Origin: Polaromonas sp. UBA5171
GTDB lineage: Bacteria; Pseudomonadota; Gammaproteobacteria; Burkholderiales; Burkholderiaceae_C
Assembly: GCA_002413395.1 (NCBI GenBank)
Contig: DHWX01000125.1
Span: 7,676-71,675, forward strand
DNA length: 64,000 nt
Direction: 5' to 3'
Below are positions 18,862 through 28,485 of the stretch, piece by piece (the stretch's first letter is position 1; every line of letters begins with the position of its first letter). The notes beneath the pieces are model-generated. The model was not told the origin of the DNA and ran no database searches. It was given only the letters and a program-made list of their open reading frames with translations. Made by a program: the position numbers and the translations under genes.

Positions 18862-18901
18862 AAAAAAAATCGCTCAACAATGCAACAGCATTGTTGAGCG
18901 A
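18862..18901 (-). terminator. Rho-independent terminator downstream of the DoxX gene
   Basis: A perfect 14-bp stem TCGCTCAACAATGC/GCATTGTTGAGCGA (18870-18901) is followed on the minus strand by a run of 8 T (plus-strand A-run 18862-18869). Confidence 0.8.
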
Positions 18902-18918
18902 CATTATCAGGGACCGAT

Positions 18919-19329
18919 TCAGTTGCCGCGCTTGGCGTCAACGCTCCAGTCACCAGCGCCCCAGGCAGCCAGGGTCAGCAAACCACCCACAATGGCCATG
19001 TTCTTGAAGAACAGGAGTTGGGTGACCATGATCTGCCCAGCGGGAACGGCCCAGTACTTGTGAAAGAAAAAGCTGGCCACCAGCGTGAAAAAGGCCAACG
19101 CCAACGCAGCCCAACGGGTGCCCAAGCCAAAAATAAGCGCCAGTGAGCCGACGATTTCAATCACCAAAGCCACCGCAGTTGCGGCCTCGGGCATCGGAAT
19201 GCCGCCGGAGGCGGTGTAGCCGACACTTCCCGCAAAGCCTGTCAGTTTGCCCCAGCCCGCAGGCAAAAACATCAGGGCAAAAAGCAAGCGGCCTATCAGC
19301 GACAGGGGATTTTTGAGAGAGTCAAGCAT
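18919..19329 (-). CDS. DoxX family membrane protein
   Basis: 136-aa hydrophobic ORF with four predicted TM segments, a DoxX-like pattern. Confidence 0.75.
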   Translation of the reverse strand: MLDSLKNPLSLIGRLLFALMFLPAGWGKLTGFAGSVGYTASGGIPMPEAATAVALVIEIVGSLALIFGLGTRWAALALAFFTLVASFFFHKYWAVPAGQIMVTQLLFFKNMAIVGGLLTLAAWGAGDWSVDAKRGN

Positions 19330-19439
19330 AAGGAGTCCTTTGTTAAAAAAATAAACGGAAAAATGATGGATTAAAAAAAATGAGAATGAACCAGTGCTAC
19401 GAACAAACGCCCATCCCCTCCATGGAACCTGACGGTGCC

Positions 19440-20141
19440 TCAGGGCGCCAGATCAAATACCAGTACTTCGGCCAATTGGCCATGGGCCAGCTGTAATTGG
19501 CTTTCTGACTCCAGCTTGGCGGCATCGCCTTGATGCAGCACCTGCCCATTCACCTCAAGCTGCCCGCGAATCAGGTGCACATAAGTCTTGCGCCGAGGGT
19601 CAAGCGGCCACGTGACAGCCTCTTTGCCATCAAACAGGCCCGCATACATCCTGGCGTCAGCATGAATCAGCACCGAGCCCTGCGCGCCATCGGGTGACGC
19701 CACCAGTCGCAGCGCGCCACGCTTGTCGGTTTCAGAAAAGGTTTTTTGCTCATAGCTGGGGGCGATGCCGGTCGCATTGGGCTCAATCCATATCTGCAGA
19801 AAATGCGTGACCTGCCCTTGCGCATGATTGAATTCGCTGTGCTGCACGCCAGTGCCGGCGCTCATGCGCTGCACATCGCCGGGCGGAATGCCCTTGACGT
19901 TGCCCATGCTGTCCTGATGCGCCAGCTCGCCGCTCAGCACGTAGCTGATGATTTCCATGTTTTGGTGACTGTGCGTGCCAAAGCCCTTGCCCGCCGCGAT
20001 GCGGTCTTCGTTGATGACGCGCAGGTTGCCAAAGCCCATGTGCGCCGGATCGTAGTAACCTGCGAACGAAAAGGAATGGAAAGACTTGAGCCAGCCGTGG
20101 TCGGCATAACCGCGTTCGCCGGAAGTTCTGAGGCTGATCAT
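19440..20141 (-). CDS. Pirin family protein
   Basis: 233-aa ORF with pirin bicupin motifs (GFGTHSHQNMEIISYVLSGEL). Confidence 0.88.
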   Translation of the reverse strand: MISLRTSGERGYADHGWLKSFHSFSFAGYYDPAHMGFGNLRVINEDRIAAGKGFGTHSHQNMEIISYVLSGELAHQDSMGNVKGIPPGDVQRMSAGTGVQHSEFNHAQGQVTHFLQIWIEPNATGIAPSYEQKTFSETDKRGALRLVASPDGAQGSVLIHADARMYAGLFDGKEAVTWPLDPRRKTYVHLIRGQLEVNGQVLHQGDAAKLESESQLQLAHGQLAEVLVFDLAP

Positions 20142-20250
20142 TTGGTGCTCCTTTCAAGGTGCGTCTGCAATACCGCTACTGTAGGCGCCGCAGCGAGTCT
20201 GGTGATTGCGTATATTTGATGGCATCATTCAAATTATTTGAACATTCATC

Positions 20251-21201
20251 ATGGCAGTGATCAACAACCCGGTACGAGATGCCCTTACCCCAGAAACCAT
20301 TGCCCTGGTGGGTGCCGTGCATCGCACCGGAAGCATGGCAGCCGCTGCGCGCGAGCTAGGCGTCGTTCCCAGCGCCCTGACTTACCGTGTTCGCCAAGTA
20401 GAAGACGCCCTGGATGTGCTGCTGTTTGACCGCTCATCGCGGCAGGCCAAACTGACCGTGGCGGGCAAGGAACTGCTGCGTGAAGGCAACCGCCTGCTGA
20501 CAGAACTCGATGCCGTGGCAAACCGCATCAAGCGCGTGGCAACCGGTTGGGAGCCGCAGTTCACCCTGGCCATTGACAGCGTGATCTCCATCACCACGGT
20601 GATGGAGTTGTGCGAGGCCTTTTTTGCACTGGCCCCACCCACGCGCCTGCGGATTCGCGAAGAGGCGTTGTCAGGCACGCTGGAGGCGCTCACGTCCGGT
20701 CAAGCCGACCTGGCCATTGGCGTTGTCATTCAGCCGAACACCCATGGCAGCGTGCACAGCAAGCCGCTGGGCGCTCTGGACTTCGTCTATGCGGTGGCGC
20801 CACATCACCCGCTGGCCACCGCCGTCGAGCCGGTGCCGGACACGGTGATCCAGCAGCACCGCGCCGTTGCGGTTGCCGACTCCGTGCAACATGGCGGCGG
20901 TACCACGGTGAACCTTCTGGGTGGCCAGGACGTGTTCACGGTTCCGGGCATGTCCGCCAAGCTCGAAGCCCAGTTGCGCGGCCTGGGCGGCGGATTTTTG
21001 CCTGAATACCTGGCCCGGCCGTACATCGTGGCCGGCCGGCTGGTGGTCAAGCAGGTGCAGCGCCCGACGCGCGTGCCGCGAATGAGTTACGCCTGGCGTG
21101 ACAACGACGCCGGCCAGGGTCGTGCCTTGCAGTGGTGGCTCAAGCAACTGGAAAAGCTGCCGACCCGGGTTGCCTTGCTGGAGCGCCCGCACAGCATTTG
21201 A
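20251..21201 (+). CDS. LysR family transcriptional regulator
   Basis: 316-aa ORF with an N-terminal wHTH and a LysR substrate-binding domain. It is divergent from the pirin gene. Confidence 0.88.
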   Translation: MAVINNPVRDALTPETIALVGAVHRTGSMAAAARELGVVPSALTYRVRQVEDALDVLLFDRSSRQAKLTVAGKELLREGNRLLTELDAVANRIKRVATGWEPQFTLAIDSVISITTVMELCEAFFALAPPTRLRIREEALSGTLEALTSGQADLAIGVVIQPNTHGSVHSKPLGALDFVYAVAPHHPLATAVEPVPDTVIQQHRAVAVADSVQHGGGTTVNLLGGQDVFTVPGMSAKLEAQLRGLGGGFLPEYLARPYIVAGRLVVKQVQRPTRVPRMSYAWRDNDAGQGRALQWWLKQLEKLPTRVALLERPHSI

Positions 21202-21299
21202 TTGAATGCAAGCTGCCGCTGCGTGTAGAGTGCGTTTATGCTTGCACCGGTAACATGAATTGATCCAGCCATTTCATCCACCTCGAAAAGTACAACGAC

Positions 21300-22373
21300 A
21301 TGCGTAAAAAATCCTCCCCTTCAGCTGATTCCTGGCATCCCCGCCATATAGCCGTGGTGGGTGCCGGCATTGCCGGCATTGCTTGCGCGCGCACCCTGAC
21401 GCAGGCGGGTCACCACGTGACGATATTCGAGAAAAGCCACTCGGTCGGCGGCCGCATGGCAACGCGGCAAACCGAGTTTGGCGGTTTTGATCACGGCACC
21501 CAGTATTTCACCGTTCGTGATGCGCGCTTTGAAAAGGCGCTGGCAACGGCCTCGGGGCTGGTGCGGCCCTGGAGCGCCAACACGGTACGCATCCTGGATG
21601 AAGCCGGCCGTGTGGTGGCATCGGCACCGCCGCCCAGCGAGGCGCACTGGGTCGCCACGCCAGGCATGAATGCGCTGGTGCGCCAATGGGCCGCACCGCT
21701 GGAGGCTGCGGGCAGCCTGACGCTGCAAACCGAAGTCAGCCGCATCGAGCCCGACAAACTGCACCCGGAACGCTGGCAACTGCAAACGGAAGGCCCGGGT
21801 GCTGACAACCGCGTGTATTCCGGTTATGACGCCGTGTTGCTGGCCATGCCCTCACCCCAGGCGCTGGCGTTGCTGCTCAGCTCGCAGCAAGGCAAGACAC
21901 TGAGGGCAGACCTTGGCCGCGTGAGCGTAGCTCCCTGCTGGACCCTGATGCTGGCGTTTCCGCAAGCCGTGCAGCCCACGCTGGCGCACCTGGGCCCCCA
22001 GTGGAACGCTGCACGCAGCACCCACCACCGCATTGCCTGGCTGGCGCGCGAATCGTCCAAGCCCGGCCGTGAGCCAATTGAGCGCTGGACCGTTCAGGCC
22101 AGCACCGAATGGTCGCAACGCCATCTTGAAGACGATGCCGAGCGCGTCACGGCCAAGCTGCTCAAGGCTTTCACCGAAGTCACCGGCATCCGCGCGGAGC
22201 CTCCCTACGCAGTGGCATACCGTTGGCGTTATGCCCAAACCACCGAACCCCTTGGTAAAACCCACCTCTGGGACCCGAAATCCAGAATCGGTGCCTGCGG
22301 CGACTGGTGTCTGGGCCACCGCGTGGAAGACGGTTTTATCTCGGGTCTGGAAATGGCTCTGGCGATTCTTTAA
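21300..22373 (+). CDS. NAD(P)/FAD-dependent oxidoreductase (renalase/amine-oxidase-like)
   Basis: 357-aa ORF with the dinucleotide-binding motif VVGAGIAGIACA...E...GGR. Confidence 0.8.
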   Translation: MRKKSSPSADSWHPRHIAVVGAGIAGIACARTLTQAGHHVTIFEKSHSVGGRMATRQTEFGGFDHGTQYFTVRDARFEKALATASGLVRPWSANTVRILDEAGRVVASAPPPSEAHWVATPGMNALVRQWAAPLEAAGSLTLQTEVSRIEPDKLHPERWQLQTEGPGADNRVYSGYDAVLLAMPSPQALALLLSSQQGKTLRADLGRVSVAPCWTLMLAFPQAVQPTLAHLGPQWNAARSTHHRIAWLARESSKPGREPIERWTVQASTEWSQRHLEDDAERVTAKLLKAFTEVTGIRAEPPYAVAYRWRYAQTTEPLGKTHLWDPKSRIGACGDWCLGHRVEDGFISGLEMALAIL

Positions 22374-22391
22374 CTGCGCGAAGTAACCGGC

Positions 22392-23402
22392 GTGGAAGCC
22401 ATTCCTTATAGGGGTCGCTTCGCTCCTTCTCCAACCGGCCCGCTGCATGCAGGTTCGCTGGTCGCGGCACTGGCGAGCTGGCTTGATGCGCACGTCCACG
22501 ACGGCCAGTGGCTGGTGCGTCTGGAAGACGTGGACACGCCGCGCTGCCTCCCCGGTGCGGACCAAACCATCCTCGCGCAATTGGCCGACTGCGGCCTGCG
22601 GCCCGACGAACCGCCGGTTTATCAGACACCGCGCGGCGTGCTGTACCAGCAGGCGCTGGATCAACTCGCGGCTGACGGTTGGGCCTACCCCTGCGGCTGC
22701 ACTCGGCAAGACATCGAACGGGCGCTGGCCGCCTCAGGGCAGCTCAAGCCGCGCCATGCCGAGCTGGTGTACCCGGGGACCTGTCGTGACGGACTGCATG
22801 GCCAGAGCGCGCGTGCCTGGCGTTTTTTTACCGAAAAATACGAAAAAAATCGGGTTTCAGCCGGGATACTACAAACACATTCTGCTGTTCAATCAGCAAT
22901 GCATGGCACGCCGTCTGCAATGACTGGCAAGCACCTGATAGCGTGGCACGACCGACGGCTGGGAAACCAGACGCAGCATGTCAGCCGGGACGTGGGCGAT
23001 TTTGTTCTCAGGCGCGCTGACGGTTTCTGGGCCTACCAGTTGGCCGTGGTGGTGGACGATGCCGCGCAAGGCATCACGCACGTTGTGCGCGGTGAAGACC
23101 TGGCCGACAACACCGCACGGCAAATCCTGCTGCAAAATGCGCTCGGTCTGCCGACACCGCAGTATCTGCATGTGCCGCTGGTGCTGGGCAGCAACGGCGA
23201 AAAGCTTTCCAAGCAAAACGGCGCGCAGGCGCTCGACACCTCACGCCCGCTGGCAGCTCTGAACCAGGCCGCCGCAATGCTGGGTCTGCCCGCTCAAGCA
23301 GGATCCGTCCCTGTTGCGCTGGCGGCATGGCTCATGCAGTGGCACAACCTCTGGGCAAGCCCCCGCCACATGCCCATCACGGCACCGGAAGCGCCTGGGT
23401 AA
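22392..23402 (+). CDS. gluQ: tRNA glutamyl-Q(34) synthetase GluQRS
   Basis: 336-aa ORF with a GTG start. It has [15 protein letters not shown] (HIGH-type motif) and KLSKQ (KMSKS-type motif). It is a truncated GluRS paralog with no anticodon-binding domain. Confidence 0.88.
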   Translation: MEAIPYRGRFAPSPTGPLHAGSLVAALASWLDAHVHDGQWLVRLEDVDTPRCLPGADQTILAQLADCGLRPDEPPVYQTPRGVLYQQALDQLAADGWAYPCGCTRQDIERALAASGQLKPRHAELVYPGTCRDGLHGQSARAWRFFTEKYEKNRVSAGILQTHSAVQSAMHGTPSAMTGKHLIAWHDRRLGNQTQHVSRDVGDFVLRRADGFWAYQLAVVVDDAAQGITHVVRGEDLADNTARQILLQNALGLPTPQYLHVPLVLGSNGEKLSKQNGAQALDTSRPLAALNQAAAMLGLPAQAGSVPVALAAWLMQWHNLWASPRHMPITAPEAPG

Positions 23403-23428
23403 GCCAGACTGCCTGCCCCCTCCAGGCG

Positions 23429-24814
23429 TTATCGAAAGAACCGCACGGCAGCGACGGCGATGGCTGCGCCATGCTCCTGCACAAAGTGGCCGGCCTGGGG
23501 CAGGATCACCGGTTCGCCGCAGTCGCGTATGTCTTTCTGCAAGGCCCGCATGACGGGCTCGCCCAGCACCGGATCCTGCGCACCGACGACCATCAGCGTC
23601 TGCCCGCTCCAGCGCAAGCGCCAGAATTCGCGCGCCTCGCGCGAAATGGCGGCGCCATCGGAATCCGGGAATTCCGGCACCATGGCCGGAAACACCCGGG
23701 TCGCGGCGCGGTGACCTTTATCGGGAAACGGGGCGCTGTAGGCCGCGCATTCTTCAGCGCTCAGGTGCGGATTGCCGCGCGCAAACAGCCGCGCCACATC
23801 AAATTCTGGATTGTTCGCGCACATCGCGCGCCAGGCCAGGAAACCGGCGGGCAACGGCACATCACCGCAAGCCAGTGTGGTGTTCATGACCAGCAGACCC
23901 TGGTAGCGCTCGGCTGCGGCCATGGGCAGCGTGAGGCCAAGCAGACCACCCCAGTCCTGGACCACCAGCACGATATGGCGCAAATCCAGGCGTTCAACGA
24001 ATTCGAGAAGGATTTGCCGGTGCGCACGGAAGGTATGAAAGCTGTCTTTCTTGGGTTTGTCGCTCTTGCCAAAACCGATCAGGTCAGGTGCCACCACCCG
24101 ATGCCCGGCCTGCAAAAAAAATGGAATCATCTTGCGGTACAGATAGCTCCAGGCTGGATTGCCGTGCAGGCATAAATACGTGAGCTTGTCGTCACCACCG
24201 AGTCCGCCTTCGTCGAGGTAATGCAGTCGCAGCCCGGCCAGCGAAGGCAGGTCGCTCAGGTAGTTGGGCGTCCAGGGATAGTCCGGCAGCCCATCGAAAA
24301 CGTTGTCAGGCGTGCGCAGCGCGTCATCGCGCAGCGGGTGGTTCATCTGGCTCACCTGGCGTTGTTCAGTGCGTCGCAACCGGAAAAAATCCCGCAGCAG
24401 CGCGCCACACTCGGCAGCCATCACCCCACCTTGCAACTCGGTCTGGTGGTTCAGTGGCGCTTGCGCAAACAGGTTGATGACGGAACCAGCCGCGCCGGTC
24501 TTGGGATCGGGCGCGCCAAACACCACGCGCTTGAACCGAGCCTGCAGCAGGGCGCCGCTGCACATGGCGCAGGGCTCAAGCGTGACAAACAGCTCGCAGT
24601 CATCAAGCCGGTAGTTGCCCAGTACCTGCGCCGCGGCGCGCAATGCCACAATCTCGGCGTGAGCTGTTGGGTCGCACCCGTCAATCGGTCCGTTGCGACC
24701 GCTGGCAATGACTTCACCGCGCCGCACCACCACCGCACCAACCGGAACTTCTCCCACCGCCGCAGCTTGACGGGCCTGTGCAAGGGCCGCTTGTATGAAG
24801 TCGGCATCACCCAT
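23429..24814 (-). CDS. tadA: tRNA adenosine(34) deaminase TadA fused to an alpha/beta hydrolase (haloalkane dehalogenase-like) domain
   Basis: A single 461-aa ORF. The N-terminal ~150 aa carry HAEIVAL and PCAMC zinc motifs. The C-terminal ~300 aa carry LRTPDNVFDGLPDYPW, HGNP and VVQDWGG (nucleophile elbow). Confidence 0.8.
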   Translation of the reverse strand: MGDADFIQAALAQARQAAAVGEVPVGAVVVRRGEVIASGRNGPIDGCDPTAHAEIVALRAAAQVLGNYRLDDCELFVTLEPCAMCSGALLQARFKRVVFGAPDPKTGAAGSVINLFAQAPLNHQTELQGGVMAAECGALLRDFFRLRRTEQRQVSQMNHPLRDDALRTPDNVFDGLPDYPWTPNYLSDLPSLAGLRLHYLDEGGLGGDDKLTYLCLHGNPAWSYLYRKMIPFFLQAGHRVVAPDLIGFGKSDKPKKDSFHTFRAHRQILLEFVERLDLRHIVLVVQDWGGLLGLTLPMAAAERYQGLLVMNTTLACGDVPLPAGFLAWRAMCANNPEFDVARLFARGNPHLSAEECAAYSAPFPDKGHRAATRVFPAMVPEFPDSDGAAISREAREFWRLRWSGQTLMVVGAQDPVLGEPVMRALQKDIRDCGEPVILPQAGHFVQEHGAAIAVAAVRFFR

Positions 24815-24879
24815 GAATGCTTCTCTTTTTATAGCTTACTGCCCATGCTCTATTTGGACTAGATGAACTTTTTACTATT

Positions 24880-25089
24880 TTACTGATCATCCGGCATGGG
24901 GCGCGACTGCTGCATCGCGCTTTCCAGCTTCTGGCGGAACTGCTGTTGGATTTGCTGGCTTTGCTGCTGGGGCGTCGAGCCCACGGCAGAGGTTGGCATC
25001 AAGGGTGCGGAGGACAACTGCTTTTTAACCAGCACGCCAACAATGACCAATACCAGCAATAGACCCACGACGCTGAACAATGCCCGCAT
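24880..25089 (-). CDS. Small membrane-anchored hypothetical protein
   Basis: 69-aa ORF with one N-terminal TM segment (LFSVVGLLLVLVIVGVLV) and a Gln-rich tail. It starts 2 nt after the PaiB-like gene stop. Confidence 0.5.
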   Translation of the reverse strand: MRALFSVVGLLLVLVIVGVLVKKQLSSAPLMPTSAVGSTPQQQSQQIQQQFRQKLESAMQQSRPMPDDQ

Positions 25090-25090
25090 G

Positions 25091-25759
25091 TCAATTCTCC
25101 TTGCCGGGTTGAGGTGTCGGGCTCATTCCCAGCCGATCCATCCATGCGGCCAGCGCGCACTCATTTTCAGTGCCAGCGGCATAGAGGGCTTTCATCACGC
25201 CAAAGGACTCGGGTCGGTGCTGGTTGATTTTGAGCTTGCACTGCAGGTCGGTCACCCGTAGCTCAAACGCAACAATGCCTGCCAGCATTTTCTGGACAAA
25301 CTCTTCATCCAGGCCGCGCCACTGTTCGGCATAGGTCGGCTCGTGGTCCGAGATCAGTTTTTTAAGCAGCTGGTCCTTGGCCAGCGGCTCTTGAATCAAG
25401 CTGGCCTGCACGGTGCAATGCACGGCCAGGTAGTTCCAGCTTGGCACCCGCGCCAGGTCAGGATAGACCTTGGGCGACAGATAGGCATGTGGCCCGAGAA
25501 AAGTCACCACGGCCTGCGAGCGCGTTTGTAAATGACGCCAATGCGGATTGGCTTTGGCGACATGGCCCAGCAACATCCATTGAGCCTGTTCCGGGCCTTC
25601 CTGCGCACCTTGCTCCAGATGCAGCGGCAGATGGGTCACATAAGGAAGGCCCGCATCATCCACGCTGATCAGACTGGCAAAGGGGTACTCTTTAATCAGC
25701 GCGGCGGCCTGCGCGTGATCGCCTTTGAATTGGGGTGGGAGGTACATGGCCTGAAGCAT
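25091..25759 (-). CDS. FMN-binding negative transcriptional regulator (PaiB family)
   Basis: 222-aa ORF with a PaiB-like N-terminus MYLPPQFKGDHAQAAALIKEYPFASLI. Confidence 0.8.
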   Translation of the reverse strand: MLQAMYLPPQFKGDHAQAAALIKEYPFASLISVDDAGLPYVTHLPLHLEQGAQEGPEQAQWMLLGHVAKANPHWRHLQTRSQAVVTFLGPHAYLSPKVYPDLARVPSWNYLAVHCTVQASLIQEPLAKDQLLKKLISDHEPTYAEQWRGLDEEFVQKMLAGIVAFELRVTDLQCKLKINQHRPESFGVMKALYAAGTENECALAAWMDRLGMSPTPQPGKEN

Positions 25760-25777
25760 AGACCAAAAACAGGAGCT

Positions 25778-26791
25778 TCAAACCTTGGTCGCTGCCAGTG
25801 CAAAGGCCCACAAGCCTTCCGGGGTCGCGGCTGGGCCCATTTCAGTCAGCCATGCCACCTGCACCGACAGGGAAATTTCAAGCCTGAGTTTGCTGCCCGG
25901 CAGATCCACGGTGGCGTTGGGGGAAGTCAACCGGGAAAGCTCTTGCTCCAGCAGCAGCGGCGAAACGCAAGGGACCAGTGCACAGAAGTCCTGCGACCCG
26001 AGACGCGCCAGTGCGCCCTGCAGCGGCAGGCGCTGGCGCAGCACCTGCGCGAGCAATTGCATGACAACATCCTGACTGGAGGAGTTTGCGGCGGTCACCG
26101 CTTGCAAATTATTGACATGCAGGTGACAAACCGCCAGGTCGGTTCCATTAACGCGGGCATCGTTGAAACCCAACGCCAGCAGTTCCCGAAAGCCCCGGAT
26201 ATTCCAGCAACCGGTCAGCGGATCCAGCGCACCCTTGCGCTGGAGGGCACTCAGGCGCATCAGCAGCCTGTTTTGCAGGCTCGACAGGACATTGACCTTG
26301 AGCTCAGTCTCGGTCATATGGGCCAGATCACTGAGCGCCTCAAAGTCTTCAGCACCATAGGTGCGCGGCATCGTGTCCATCACGCACAGTGCGCCGACCG
26401 TCACCCCGGCTGCAATTTCAAGCGGCCAGCCGAGGTAAGACCGGATGCCCGGCGGCCCGATTACCAGCGGATTATCCGAAAAATTGGGGTCACGCCAGGT
26501 ATCGGGAACGAAAAAAGGCCGGCTAAAGGCGACCAAATGGCCACAAAATGAAATGTCGCGCGGCGTGTGTGCCACTTCAAGGCCCTGCACGGAGCGGAAC
26601 CACTGCTCATCCTGCTCAACGATGGAAATCAGGGCCATCGGCACCTGCAGCAGGCGCTTGGCGGTTCGGGTAATCCTGTCGAAGCGCTCTTCGCGCGGCG
26701 CATAGGCGCAATTGGCCGAACGCAGGGCGTACAAGCGCGCAATATCGTTTTCAGGAATGGGAGCGGCCAGCATGGGACAAGTATCAATCAA
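25778..26791 (-). CDS. GAF domain protein with a degenerate GGDEF domain
   Basis: 337-aa ORF with an N-terminal GAF-like region. The C-terminal GGDEF fold begins DPLTGCWNIRGF, but the signature motif reads GSQDF instead of GG(D/E)EF. Confidence 0.75.
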   Translation of the reverse strand: MIDTCPMLAAPIPENDIARLYALRSANCAYAPREERFDRITRTAKRLLQVPMALISIVEQDEQWFRSVQGLEVAHTPRDISFCGHLVAFSRPFFVPDTWRDPNFSDNPLVIGPPGIRSYLGWPLEIAAGVTVGALCVMDTMPRTYGAEDFEALSDLAHMTETELKVNVLSSLQNRLLMRLSALQRKGALDPLTGCWNIRGFRELLALGFNDARVNGTDLAVCHLHVNNLQAVTAANSSSQDVVMQLLAQVLRQRLPLQGALARLGSQDFCALVPCVSPLLLEQELSRLTSPNATVDLPGSKLRLEISLSVQVAWLTEMGPAATPEGLWAFALAATKV

Positions 26792-26849
26792 ATGACAATT
26801 CCAGTCACTTTCCGAGCTTACTCGGTCCCCGCGCTATTTGGCGCTACCC

Positions 26850-28472
26850 CTACTCCCACTCGATTGTTGCCGGCGGTTTGCTGCTCACGTCGTAAGTGAC
26901 GCGGTTGATGCCGCGCACTTCGTTGATGATGCGGCCCGAGACCTTTTTGAGCAGTGCGTAGGGCAGCTCGGCCCAGTCGGCCGTCATAAAATCGCTGGTT
27001 TGCACTGCGCGCAGCGCCACCACGTACTCGTAGGTGCGGCCATCACCCATCACGCCCACGCTTTTCACTGGCAAAAATACCGTGAACGCCTGACTGGTCA
27101 GCTCATACCAGGTTTTGCCCGTCGCAGGGTCCTTGAAGTTGTGCAGCTCTTCGATAAAGATCGCGTCGGCCCGGCGCAGCAAATCTGCGTACTCTTTCTT
27201 GACTTCGCCAAGAATACGCACCCCCAGACCTGGTCCAGGGAAGGGATGGCGATAGACCATGTCATGCGGCAAACCGAGCGCCACGCCCAGCTCACGCACT
27301 TCATCTTTAAATAGCTCGCGCAAGGGTTCCAGCAGCTTGAGCCCGAGTTGCTCGGGCAGGCCGCCCACGTTGTGGTGACTCTTGATGGAAACCGCTTTTT
27401 TGCTTTTGGCGCCGCCCGACTCGATCACGTCAGGGTAAATTGTTCCTTGGGCCAGCCATTTCGCGCCTTTGTAGGCACCGTCCAGGCCAGCCTTAAGCCG
27501 CGCCGCTTCCGCCTTGAACACCTCGACAAACTCGCGACCAATAATCTTGCGCTTGGCCTCGGGGTCGCTCACGCCGGCGAGGTGACCCAAAAACTGGTCC
27601 GCGGCATCGACACGGATCACCCTGGCGTGCAGCTTGCCGACAAACATGTCCATCACCATGTCGCCTTCGTTCAGGCGCAGCAGGCCATGATCGACAAACA
27701 CGCAGGTGAGCTGCTCGCCAATGGCGCGGTGAATCAGTGCCGCTGCAACCGAAGAATCGACGCCGCCCGACAAGCCGAGAATGACCTCTTCGTCGCCGAC
27801 CTGCTGGCGAATTTTTTCGACGGCTTCACTGACGTAGTCACCCATGACCCAGTCAGGGCGCGCACCGCAGATATCCAGCACAAAGCGCTCCAGAATGGCC
27901 TTGCCCTGGGTGGTGTGCGTGACTTCGGGGTGAAACTGCACGGCGTAATACTTGCGTTCTTCGTCGGCCATGCCGGCAATCGGGCAGGACTCGGTGGACG
28001 CCATGAGCTTGAAGCCGGGCGGCATTTCGGTCACGCTGTCGCCATGGCTCATCCAGACGTTGAGCATGCCGTGACCTTCGGGTGTGGCGAAGTCCTGGAT
28101 ACCATCAAAAAGCCGGGTGTGGCCGCGCACCCGCACCGCAGCGTGACCGAATTCGCGCTTGTGTCCGCCTTCGACCTTGCCGCCGAGCATGGCGGCGATC
28201 GCGTACATGCCAAAGCAGATGCCAAGCACCGGAATGCCCAGTTCAAACACCGCCTGCGGCGCACGCAGCGTTTCGTCTTCCCACAGGCTGGCGTGGCTGC
28301 CAGAAAGAATCACACCTTTTAAATTTCCATCTTTGGCATAGTCGCGCACCCAGTCGTCTGTTACATCGCAGGGATGGACTTCGCAAAATACGCGCGCTTC
28401 GCGAATGCGGCGGGCAATCAGCTGGGTAACCTGGGAGCCAAAATCGAGGATAAGGATTTTCTGATGAGACAT
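26850..28472 (-). CDS. guaA: GMP synthase (glutamine-hydrolysing)
   Basis: ORF 26850-29045. The true start is ATG 28472 ([14 protein letters not shown]). It has a GATase1 domain and the ATP-PPase motif SGGVDSS. The longer ORF is read-through of the repeat-filled spacer. Confidence 0.95.
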   Translation of the reverse strand: MSHQKILILDFGSQVTQLIARRIREARVFCEVHPCDVTDDWVRDYAKDGNLKGVILSGSHASLWEDETLRAPQAVFELGIPVLGICFGMYAIAAMLGGKVEGGHKREFGHAAVRVRGHTRLFDGIQDFATPEGHGMLNVWMSHGDSVTEMPPGFKLMASTESCPIAGMADEERKYYAVQFHPEVTHTTQGKAILERFVLDICGARPDWVMGDYVSEAVEKIRQQVGDEEVILGLSGGVDSSVAAALIHRAIGEQLTCVFVDHGLLRLNEGDMVMDMFVGKLHARVIRVDAADQFLGHLAGVSDPEAKRKIIGREFVEVFKAEAARLKAGLDGAYKGAKWLAQGTIYPDVIESGGAKSKKAVSIKSHHNVGGLPEQLGLKLLEPLRELFKDEVRELGVALGLPHDMVYRHPFPGPGLGVRILGEVKKEYADLLRRADAIFIEELHNFKDPATGKTWYELTSQAFTVFLPVKSVGVMGDGRTYEYVVALRAVQTSDFMTADWAELPYALLKKVSGRIINEVRGINRVTYDVSSKPPATIEWE

Positions 28473-28485
28473 AGAGTTAGCTGGC

